A stretch of 64,000 nt of DNA from the NCBI GenBank assembly GCA_963695095.1, contig CAVOFT010000001.1, positions 832,001-896,000 of the forward strand, in the 5' to 3' direction. Shown here piece after piece: positions 25,135 to 33,836 of this stretch. The notes below the pieces were generated by a model. It made no database searches. It was not told the DNA's origin and worked only from the letters and a program-made list of their open reading frames with translations. Numbering within the stretch: position 1 is the stretch's first letter; every line of letters starts with the position of its first letter. This stretch comes from an uncultured bacterium. GTDB lineage: Bacteria > Krumholzibacteriota > Krumholzibacteriia > JACNKJ01. The translations under genes and the position numbers were made by a program.

Positions 25135-27451
25135 AGCAGCACTTCGACAAGCACGCCCACCGGCTCAGCGAGAGCGAGCGGGAGCTGATCTGGCGGCAGA
25201 TCGGCAATGCGAACCAGCAGGAGCGCCGCCGCCGCGTCCAGTTCATCACGGCCTTCGCCGGCGCCGGCGCCGTGGTGGCGGCGGGGCTCATCCTGGTCGT
25301 GATGCTCAGCGACCGGAACCCCGAACGCCGGCTCGAGGAACTGAGCCCGCGGGACCTGCCCGAGATGGGCGCGCCGCGCACCGACGGCGGCGATGCTCTC
25401 GCCGGCCGGCCCGCGGGCCAGAGCGAGATGCGGCAGGCCGAGGAGTCGCGCGCGGCTGCCGAGACGCCGCCGGCAGCAGCCGCCCCCGGGGGCGGGAACG
25501 AAGGCAAGGCCGCGGGCCCGACGACGCCCGTCGACGCGTCCACCGTCGCGGCTCCCGAGGCGGGGCGCCGGGACGCCGCGGCCGATCGGGCGACGCCCGA
25601 TCACGCGGCCGACACGCCCCCGGGGGCGGCTTCGGCTCCCTTGACCGCCAGTCCCGAGGTCGCGCCGCCCACCTACGCCCACGAGAAGGTGCTGGTCGAG
25701 GCCGAAGCCGGCCGCTCGTGGACGTGAAGAGCTCCGAATCGCGCAAGTCCAAGGGTCCGCGCGAGCACAGTCCCTATTCAGTGGACAACATCCGCGAGGG
25801 CATGGCGCTGCAGGCGAATCCAGTGCCCGCGTCCGCTGGCAAGGGGCAGCAGCTCCGCGTCGACGAGCCGCGCCTGGAGCGCACCCTCATCGCCGGGCGC
25901 TGGGACGGCGACGACGAAATCCGCGCCGCCCGCCGCCGGCGCTGCTGGATCCCGCCGGACTATCGCAACGTGAACGGCGAGCCCTTCGACGCCATGTACT
26001 TCCGCGACTACGGCACGAACCCCTTCGTCGTCACCGCGGAGGATGCCCTGTCCACCTTCGCCGTGGACGTGGACAACGCCTCCTACACGCTGGTGCGCCG
26101 CTACCTGGACGAGGGCGTGCTGCCGCCTGCGGCAGCCGTCCGGGTCGAGGAGTTCGTCAACTTCTTCGACCCCGGCTACGCCAAGGTGCGCCGGGACGAC
26201 TTCGCCCTTCACGCCGACGGCGCGCCGGCGCCCTACGGCGAAGGCTATCACCTGCTGCGCCTGGGCCTGCAGGCCCGTAGCATCGACCGGGAGGACCGCC
26301 GGCCGGCCAACCTGGTCTTCGTGATCGACATCTCGGGCTCGATGGACAGGGAGAACCGCCTGGGCCTGGTCAAGCGCGCCCTGCGCATGCTGCTCGACGA
26401 ACTCAACGACCATGACACCGTGGGCATCGTCGAGTACGGCACGACCGGCCGCATCGTGCTGCCGCCCACCTCGCTCGAAGACCGCCGCGACCATCGAGCG
26501 CGCGATCGCGAGCCTGCACAGCAACGGCAGCACCAACGCCGAGGAGGGCCTCGACCTCGGCTACACCATGGCCAGCCGCGTCTACGACGCCAAGGCCGAT
26601 CAACCGGCTCATCCTCTGCTCCGACGGCGTGGCCAACACCGGCGAGACGGACGCCGAGCGCATCCTCGACAAGGTGCGCTACCAGTCCGACCGCGGCATC
26701 CACCTGAGCACCATCGGCTTCGGCATGGGCAACTACAACGACGTGCTCATGGAGACAGCTGGCCGACAAGGGCGACGGCAACTACTACTACGTCGACCGC
26801 CTGGACGAGGCCGAGCGCGTCTTCCGCGAGAACCTGACCGGCACGCTGCAGACCATCGCCCGCGACGCCAAGATCCAGGTGGAGTTCGACCCCGAGCAGA
26901 TCGCGCGCTAGCGCCTGCTCGGCTACGAGAACCGCGACGTCGCCGACCGCGACTTCCGCAACGACGCCGTCGACGCCGGCGAGATCGGCGCCGGCCACCA
27001 GGTGGTGGCCCTCTACGAGATCAAGCTCAGCGACGAGGCCGAGCGCTGCCTGGACGGCCGCGGCAAGCGCAACGAACCGCTTTCGCTCGGCGTGCTGCGC
27101 CTGCGCTACGAGAAGCCGGAGCAGGACCGCCGGGCCGGCCAGGTGGTGGAACTGGAGCGGCGCATCACCACCGCGGACCTCACGCGCGGCATCGAGCGCA
27201 CCGACGCCCGCCTGCGCCTGGCCGCCCTCGCCGCCGAGTTCGCCGAGATCCTGCGCGGCAGCTACTGGGCGCGGGACGGCCGCCTGACCGACCTGATCGG
27301 CCCCGCGGCGCGCCTGGCCGAGGAACTGCCCCGGGACGAGGCCGCGCGCGAGCTGGCTCGGCTCATCGAGCGGGCGGCCCGGCTGGATGGCGCGGGCCGC
27401 AGCGACCGGGACCGCGAGCGCTGGGACGAGCCCCGCCGCGGGCGGGACTAG
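25131..27451 (+). CDS. Single-TM (anti-sigma-like) protein fused to a YfbK-type vWA domain; frameshifts near 25715, 26490, 26598 and 26755, in-frame TAG at 26909
   Basis: LSTFAVDVDNASY, VRVEEFVNFF, NLVFVIDISGSM (MIDAS), LSTIGFGMGNYND, RLLGYENR, DAGEIGAGHQVVALYE, AEFAEILRGS; ATGA overlap with the sigma factor. Confidence 0.85.
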
Positions 27452-27548
27452 CCTTGAACCGTCGAGAGGAATGCGCGTGCCGACGCTGGACCCGTGCCAG
27501 CGGCGGCGCGCGCCGTTTGTGACCACGGCTTTTCTCATCGCGACGCAC

Positions 27549-27577
27549 TTGACTGCCGTGCTTGATCATAGTATAAT
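27549..27577 (+). promoter_or_regulatory. Near-consensus sigma70 promoter upstream of the HNH gene
   Basis: TTGACT-17 nt-TATAAT. Confidence 0.75.
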
Positions 27578-27663
27578 GTAGGCCTCCCCGCCTCCCGCGA
27601 CCTCGTCCTGGCGAGGTCTTCCCATGTCCGAGTTCGTGCCGAATCTCCCCGCCGCCGCGGTGG

Positions 27664-28683
27664 ATGCCCAGCCTGCGCGCGGCCGTCGCCGCCTTGCGCC
27701 GCGCCGAACAGAGCGCCGTGCTCTGGTTCGCCGAGCTGATGCGCCGGCGCCTCTATCGCGACTGCGGCTACTCCAGCATTCATGCCTACGCCGAGGCCGT
27801 GCTGGGCTTCGGGCAGGCGAAGACCTATCAGTTCATCCGGCTCGCCGAGTCGCTCGACAGTTTGCCCGAGCTGCGAGCCTCGGTCGAGGCCGGCGAGATG
27901 CCCTGGACCAAGGCCCGCAGCGTGGCGGCGGTCGCCACGCCGCGCTCCGAGGGCCAGTGGATCGCGCTCGCGAAGGCGAGCAGCGCTCGTCAGCTAGAAG
28001 CACGGATCCGCGAGAGCCGCGGCGAAGCGCGGCGCGATCGCGGCCAGGGCGACTTGCTGGCGCCTGGCCCTGGGCCGATCCCCACCCCCGCGCCGGTCCC
28101 CGCACCGGCGCCAAAGGTGCAGGTCAGCTTCACGCTCGAGCCCGAGCAGCACGCCCGCTGGCTGGCCATCGTCGAGCGCCTGCGCAAGCAGGGGCACGCC
28201 GAGGCGAAGGAGGAACTGCTGCTGGCTGCCTTCGCGGCACTGGCCGAGGCGGAGTGTACACGTGTACAAACCGAGGCCGAGTGTACACGTGTACAAAGCG
28301 AGGCACCGTATCAGGTCGTGATCTACCGCTGCGAGGAGTGCGGCGCCGCTCGCCTGCCCGACGGGCGCCCCCTGGCCCCGGCGGTGGCCGCGCAGGCGGC
28401 CTGCGACTGCCGAACGCAGCGGGAAGGCGAGCCAAACCGGGCGTCGATCCCGCCGTCTCTTCGACGACAGGTGCTTGCGCGCGACGGGCACCGCTGTCAA
28501 GCGCCAGGCTGCCGGTCCACGCGCTTCCTGGAGGTGCACCACCGCGAGCCGCGCCGGCGTGGCGGTCGCAACAGCGCGGCGAACCTGATCACCCTCTGCG
28601 CGGCCTGCCACCGACTGCTGCACGAACGCGGCGTGGGACTTACCGCCGCCCTGCCGGTAGCGGGCATGCCGAACACGGGCTAA
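27664..28683 (+). CDS. HNH endonuclease with a DUF222-like helical N-terminus and a Cys cluster (start could be slightly upstream)
   Basis: LYRDCGYSSIHAYA, GEMPWTKAR, CEECG, VLARDGHRCQAPGC...EVHH...GGRNSAANLITLCAACHRLLH. Confidence 0.88.
   Translation: MPSLRAAVAALRRAEQSAVLWFAELMRRRLYRDCGYSSIHAYAEAVLGFGQAKTYQFIRLAESLDSLPELRASVEAGEMPWTKARSVAAVATPRSEGQWIALAKASSARQLEARIRESRGEARRDRGQGDLLAPGPGPIPTPAPVPAPAPKVQVSFTLEPEQHARWLAIVERLRKQGHAEAKEELLLAAFAALAEAECTRVQTEAECTRVQSEAPYQVVIYRCEECGAARLPDGRPLAPAVAAQAACDCRTQREGEPNRASIPPSLRRQVLARDGHRCQAPGCRSTRFLEVHHREPRRRGGRNSAANLITLCAACHRLLHERGVGLTAALPVAGMPNTG
28244..28297. repeat. Two 27-bp tandem units, each containing the perfect 14-bp palindrome TGTACACGTGTACA
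   Basis: CCGAGGC(G/C)GAGTGTACACGTGTACAAA at 28244-28270 and 28271-28297. Confidence 0.95.
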
Positions 28684-28981
28684 TTCACTCTAGCTAGGAT
28701 CCGTCACGCTTCCGCTTGGCGGGCGAGGAGCCGCTTGTGCACAGGCCTGAAGACGGATCAAGGCTGGGCGGCCGCCGCCCTTGACCGGCGCGGCTGCGTC
28801 CTGTGCCGCCAAGGACCGCCGCTTGCACAGGTTCGAGGCCCCGGGCGGCAGCGCCCGGGGCCGCCGCTTGAAACATCCCCCCTGCTTGCGCGAATATCTG
28901 CCTTCCGGCCCAAGTAGTGCGGGCGTTCTCCAGCGCCGCCCAGCGCCATCGCGGCGCCCTCGAAACCCTGTGGAGGCTCCC

Positions 28982-29278
28982 ATGATCGGTTTCGGCGTGC
29001 TCATCGTCGCCTTGTTCAGCGTCGCGCTCCTGCTCGGCCTCGTCTTCACCGTGCTGGGCCTGGTCTTCAAGCTCATCTTCCTGCCCTTCCAGATCGCCTT
29101 CTGGCTGCTGCGCGGCGTCTTCGGGCTGGCGCTGGGGGTGCTCGGCTTCATCCTCTTCCTGCCGATCATCGGCATCGCGCTGCCCTTCCTGCTCGTGGCC
29201 TTCGCCCTGCCGCTGGCCGTGATCGCGCTCATCGTCTGGCTGGTCAAGCGCAGCGCGGTGAGCGGGTCCGGCGCGTGA
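28982..29278 (+). CDS. Small hydrophobic membrane protein
   Basis: GGAGG RBS; MIGFGVLIVALFS... almost entirely hydrophobic; GTGA overlap with tag. Confidence 0.8.
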   Translation: MIGFGVLIVALFSVALLLGLVFTVLGLVFKLIFLPFQIAFWLLRGVFGLALGVLGFILFLPIIGIALPFLLVAFALPLAVIALIVWLVKRSAVSGSGA

Positions 29279-29853
29279 GCGCCGCGCGCGAAGCCAAGCG
29301 CTGCGTCTGGGCCGGGCAGGATCCCCTCTACCTCGCCTATCACGACCGCGAGTGGGGGGTGCCCGTCCACGACGATCGCCTGCTCTTCGAGTTCCTCGTG
29401 CTCGAGGGCGCGCAGGCGGGCCTGAGCTGGCGCACCATCCTGGGCAAGCGCGAGCGCTACCGCGAGGTCTTCGCCGGCTTCGAGCCCGCCAAGGTGGCCC
29501 GCTTCGACGCCCGCAAGCGGGAGCGCCTGCTGGCCGACCCCGGCATCGTGCGCAATCGGGCCAAGGTGGCCAGCGCCGTGGCCAATGCGCGCGCCTTCCT
29601 CGCCGTTCAGAAAGAATACGGCAGTTTCGCCGCCTATCTCTGGCGCTTCGTCGGCGGCGCGCCGATGCAGAACCGCTGGCGGGCGCTGAGCGAGATCCCC
29701 GCCGCCACCGCCGAGTCGCAGGCGCTGAGCAAGGCCCTGCGCGCTCGCGGCTTCAACTTCGTCGGCCCGACGATCTGCTATGCCTTCATGCAGGCCGTGG
29801 GCATGGTCAACGACCACACCGTCGACTGCTTCCGCCACCGCGAACTGCGCTAG
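29275..29853 (+). CDS. tag: DNA-3-methyladenine glycosylase I
   Basis: YHDREWGVP, LFEFLVLEGAQAGLSW, GIVRNRAK, FVGPTICYAFMQAVGMVNDH. Confidence 0.96.
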   Translation: MSAAREAKRCVWAGQDPLYLAYHDREWGVPVHDDRLLFEFLVLEGAQAGLSWRTILGKRERYREVFAGFEPAKVARFDARKRERLLADPGIVRNRAKVASAVANARAFLAVQKEYGSFAAYLWRFVGGAPMQNRWRALSEIPAATAESQALSKALRARGFNFVGPTICYAFMQAVGMVNDHTVDCFRHRELR

Positions 29854-29878
29854 CGCCCACCGCGAGCTGCGCTAGCGC
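29835..29878. repeat. 22-bp tandem duplication of the 3' end of tag
   Basis: CCACCGCGA(A/G)CTGCGCTAGCGC twice. Confidence 0.9.
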
Positions 29879-29904
29879 CCGCCGCGCGCCGCCTGGCAGG
29901 CGGG

Positions 29905-29933
29905 TTGAAGCCTGTCGCAGTTCGTGTTACAAT
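29905..29933 (+). promoter_or_regulatory. sigma70-like promoter
   Basis: TTGAAG-17 nt-TACAAT with an extended TG. Confidence 0.6.
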
Positions 29934-30048
29934 AGCGAAGCACCTGCCGGGCCTGCCACGATCAGGGCTAGCGCATTCTCTGCGCCATTCCCCTTGGCCC
30001 ACGCTTCGAGGATCCGCGTCCGGCGTACCGACAGCTCAGGAGGACAGA

Positions 30049-30594
30049 ATGAAGAGATTGCTTTCGATTCTCGCCCTGCTCGCCCTCTGTGCCGGCCCCG
30101 CCCTGGCGCAGGACATCAGCGGCAGCACGGTGACGGTGGATCCGGTCGAGGACCAGAACGGCGTCACCTACATGTGCTTCACCGTCACCAACGGCAGCCT
30201 CGACTTCGAATGGCTCACCGACGTGATCATCACCCTGCCGGCCTGCATGCTGATCCTGGACGTGCCCCCGGCAACCGCCAGCCCCGGGCCCGGCTCCGAG
30301 CCCTTCAACAGCGCCGCCACCGTGACCTTCGAAGGCTACGGCACGAACATCGCGCACTGGAGCGGCGCGGACGAGTTCGGCTATGGCTTCCTGCTGGGCG
30401 AGAACGCCGGCGAGTTCTGCATCACCGTGGAGATCAACTGCGCTTGCGACAATATCTATCCGATGGGCTGGACCCTGCTCGGGGACACCTTCGGCGATCC
30501 CCCGCACACCGCGGGCGGCTCGATCGACTTCCTCGTGCTCTGCAGCACGGCGACCACGGATGGCACCTGGGGCAACATCAAGTCCCTGTACTAG
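30049..30594 (+). CDS. Secreted Cys-rich acidic hypothetical protein with C-terminal TWGNIKSLY tail
   Basis: AGGAGG RBS; MKRLLSILALLALCAGPALA signal peptide; ends STATTDGTWGNIKSLY. Confidence 0.85.
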   Translation: MKRLLSILALLALCAGPALAQDISGSTVTVDPVEDQNGVTYMCFTVTNGSLDFEWLTDVIITLPACMLILDVPPATASPGPGSEPFNSAATVTFEGYGTNIAHWSGADEFGYGFLLGENAGEFCITVEINCACDNIYPMGWTLLGDTFGDPPHTAGGSIDFLVLCSTATTDGTWGNIKSLY

Positions 30595-30637
30595 TCCTCG
30601 CGATTGCCGGGGCCCTGCGGCCCGGGCAGATTCCTCG

Positions 30638-30669
30638 GGCCCTCGGCTCCGCGCCGGGGGCCTTTTCTT
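30638..30669 (+). terminator. Rho-independent terminator
   Basis: GGCCCTCGGC-TCCGC-GCCGGGGGCC followed by TTTTCTT. Confidence 0.75.
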
Positions 30670-30693
30670 GTCGGGGGCCGGCGCGCGCCGCGC

Positions 30694-33117
30694 TCAGGGC
30701 GCGGAGCGCCAGAGGGCGCGACCCTCGCGGTCGATGATGAGCAGCCGCTCGCCGGCCACCACCAGCGCGACGCCGCCCGCGAAGGGCGTTCCCGCCGCGT
30801 AGCGCGGCGCGATGCGCTCGCGTCCGGCCGCGTCCACGTAGCCGATAAGGCCCTCGCGCTGCACGGCGGCCAGGCCCTCGGCGAAGCCCATGCCCTCCTC
30901 GTAGCGGCAGGGGATGGCGAGCCGGCCCTGCGCGTCCACGTAGCCCACGCGGCCGTCCAGGGTGACCGGCGCCAGGCCCTCGGCGAACTCGCCCGCGTAC
31001 TGGAAGCGCGGCGCGAATCGCGAAGTCGCCCCGGGCGGTGATGAAGCCCACGCCGCGTCCGTCCAGGCTGGCGGCGGCCAGGCCCTCGGCGAAGGCGCCG
31101 CTCCAGGCGAAGCGCGGGGGAATCGCCCAGGCGCCGGTGCGGTCGATGTAGCCGCCCAGGGAATCGAGCACCGCCATGCAGAGGCCCTCGTGGAAGGCGT
31201 CGACGCCGCGCCAGCGGGGCGGGATCGCCAGCTCGCCGGCCATGTCGATGAAGCCGATGCGCAGGCTGTCCAGCGAGACGGCGGCCAGGCCCTCGCTGTA
31301 GGCTTCCGCCCAGGCCCAGCGCGGCGGGCTGAGCTCGCGGCCGGCCGCGTCGAGATAGCCCCAGCGGCCGCCGCGTCGATAGGGCCGCCGGCCCTCGCGG
31401 AGGGCGCCGAGGGTCTCGTAGGCCGTCTCGCTCGCGTACTCCCCGCTCAGGGTGAGCAGGCGCCAGGCCCCCGCCGCGTCCTGGTAGGGCAGGGGCCCCA
31501 GCGCCTCGGCGAGCTGGGCGGCCGGCAGGCCCGGCGCCTCCGCCGCGTCCAGGAGCAGTGGGTAGCGGCGCAGGCGGCCTTCGCCCTGGTCGACCAGGCG
31601 CGAGGGCAGGCCGCGGTAGAGGGCCAGGGCCTTGAGCGGCGGCAGCTCGCGATGGGCCAGGAGTAGGGCGCCGAGGGCGGCGCGATCGGCCGCGGCCAGG
31701 CGCAGGCTGTCGCCGCCCGCGGGGACGAGGGCCAGGAAGGGGTCGTCCTCGAGCAGGGAGACGCGCCAGCCGGGCGCCAGGCCGCCGCCCTGGGCGGCAT
31801 CGGCGGCGGGCGGGGTCTCGCCGGAGGCCAGCGCGAGCAAGACGCAGCGGTTCTCCCCCTCGAGCAGGAACTCCGCGCCGGGGCGCAGGCGCGCCGCGGC
31901 CAGGGCTGCGGGTGGCGCGGCCGCGATCTCGAGGAAGGCGCCGGCCGCCAGGCTACGCGGGGCCGGGGGCGTCGCGGGCCCGGCGGGATCGGCCTCGCCG
32001 GCGAGGCGCAGCAGCGGCCGCCCGGCCAGCTGGGCCAGGCGCTCGCGCTCCCAGGCGGCCGGCGGCAGCGCCGCGGGATCCCAGAGCAGGCGGCCGTCGC
32101 GGCCCACGAAGTTGGGGCCGAGGGGCGTCTCCACCGGGGCCCAGTCGCCGCGGAAGCTCCCCGCCCAGACGAAGCGCGGCGCGATGGCGAGCTTGCCCGC
32201 GGCGTCGATGAAGCCCCAGCGCTGGGCGCCCTCGGCGAGGACGGGGGCCAGCGGCGCGGCGTGGGCGTCGAAATCGCCGGCCCGGCGGAACTGCGCGGGG
32301 ATGGCCAGTCGGCCCTTGCTGTCGAGGTAGCCGAGCCGGGTGCTGCCCGCGGGCTTGACCAGGGCGCGACCGCCGGCGAAGGGGCGGGCGAAGGCGAACT
32401 CGCCCGGGAAGGCCGGCTTGCCCGACGGGGCTCGAGATACTGGTAGCGATCCCGGGCGCTGGAGTAGCTGGCGATCACGCCCTCGCTGAAACGCTCGCCC
32501 AGGCGCTGGCTGCCGGACAGGCGCTCGCGCCCGCGGCGGTCGATGAGGCGCTGGTCGAGGGGATTGTAGACCACGACGGCCAGGCCCTCGTGGAAGTCGC
32601 CGCTGGCCAGCGGCGAGCGCGCCAGCTCGATGGCGAATTCGCCGTGGCGATTGATGTAGCCGCGCCGCTCGCGCTCGCCCTCGCTGGCGGCGGCCAGGCC
32701 CTCGCTGAAGTCGCCGGCCCTGGTGAAGCGCGGCGCGATGGCCACCGCCCCCGAGCGGTCGAGGTAGCCGTAGCGCGGACCCGCCGGCGTGTCGCCGAGA
32801 AAGCGGGCCAGACCCTCGGCATAGTCGCCGAGTTCCGCATACTGCGGGGGCACCAGCTCGCGGCCCGCTTCGTCGATGACGCCGTAGCGCCGCGCATCCG
32901 GCGGGCCGAGGCCCACGACGGCGAGGCCGGCCACGAAGCGGCGCGCCTCGTCCCAGGCGAAGTCCAGCCGCAGCGCGCCCTCGGCGTCGGCATAGCCGCT
33001 GCGGCCGGCCAGGCGGATGGGCAGGAGCCGCTCCGGCGGCGCCTCGCGATCGCAGCGGCCGCAGCCCCCGCAGGCGCTGAGAACGGCGAGGGCGAGGCAC
33101 AGGAGCGCGCGGCGCAT
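30694..33117 (-). CDS. WG-repeat (KWG Leptospira-type) lipoprotein; frameshifts near 32430 and 31020
   Basis: VLSAC lipobox; many GYID..G..AI.PRF..A..F(S/A)EGLAAV repeats across three frames. Confidence 0.85.
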
Positions 33118-33208
33118 GGCTGGTCTCGGGCGGGTAATGGCGATTTCCCCTTGCCCCCGCGCGACCGGGGCGCTAGTGAAGGGTGATCCGCAGCGAAAGG
33201 CCGCCGCC

Positions 33209-33757
33209 GTGCAGTTCGTTCCCACCGCGATCCCCGCCGTCGTGCTCGTCGAGCCGCGGGTCTTCAGCGAGGAGCGCGGCTTCTTCATGGAGACCTGGCA
33301 GGCGCGCAAGTTCGCGGCGGCAGGACTGGATCCGCACTTCGTCCAGGACAACCATAGCAAGAGCGCCCAGGGCGTGCTACGCGGATTGCACTACCAGGTG
33401 CGGCAGACCCAGGGCAAGCTGGTGCGCACGGTGGCCGGCGAGGTCTTCGACGTGGCCGTGGACCTGCGCCGCGGCTCGCCGACCCTGGGCCGCTGGGTGG
33501 GCGTCACGCTCTCGGCGGCGAACAAGCGCCAGCTCTGGATCCCGCCCGGCTTCGCCCACGGCTTCTACGTGACCAGCGAGACGGCCGAGGTCGTCTACAA
33601 GTGCACGGACTTCTACGCGCCCGAGCACGAGCGCAGCCTGCGCTGGGATGACGCCCAGCTCGCCATCGCCTGGCCGCTGGTGGGGGGAGCGCCGCCCACG
33701 CTCTCGGCCAAGGACGCCGCCGGGCTGGCCTTCGCCGAGGCGGAGTTGCTGGACTAG
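33209..33757 (+). CDS. rfbC: dTDP-4-dehydrorhamnose 3,5-epimerase
   Basis: ERGFFMET, FVQDNHSKS, GVLRGLHYQ, QGKLVR, DVAVDLRRGSPT, IPPGFAHGF, LSAKD. Confidence 0.95.
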   Translation: MQFVPTAIPAVVLVEPRVFSEERGFFMETWQARKFAAAGLDPHFVQDNHSKSAQGVLRGLHYQVRQTQGKLVRTVAGEVFDVAVDLRRGSPTLGRWVGVTLSAANKRQLWIPPGFAHGFYVTSETAEVVYKCTDFYAPEHERSLRWDDAQLAIAWPLVGGAPPTLSAKDAAGLAFAEAELLD

Positions 33758-33836
33758 GGCGGCCGCCCAGCGAAACCCTTGTCGCGCCGAGGCTTTTGGG
33801 CTAGCCTGCGCCCCAACGCCCGACTCGGAGGACTCC

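Noticed and set aside
26909..26911. In-frame TAG in the vWA gene as possible pyrrolysine or stop-codon recoding
   Set aside because: It falls where Tyr is expected (ARYRLLGYENR), one base from TAC, in a gene with several other errors; TAG is a normal stop elsewhere in the window.
28244..28297. Palindromic repeats as a mini CRISPR array
   Set aside because: Only two units, no unique spacers, located inside a reading frame, and no cas genes in the window.
33118..33208. JUMPStart/ops element ahead of the polysaccharide genes
   Set aside because: No GGCGGTAG ops core was found.
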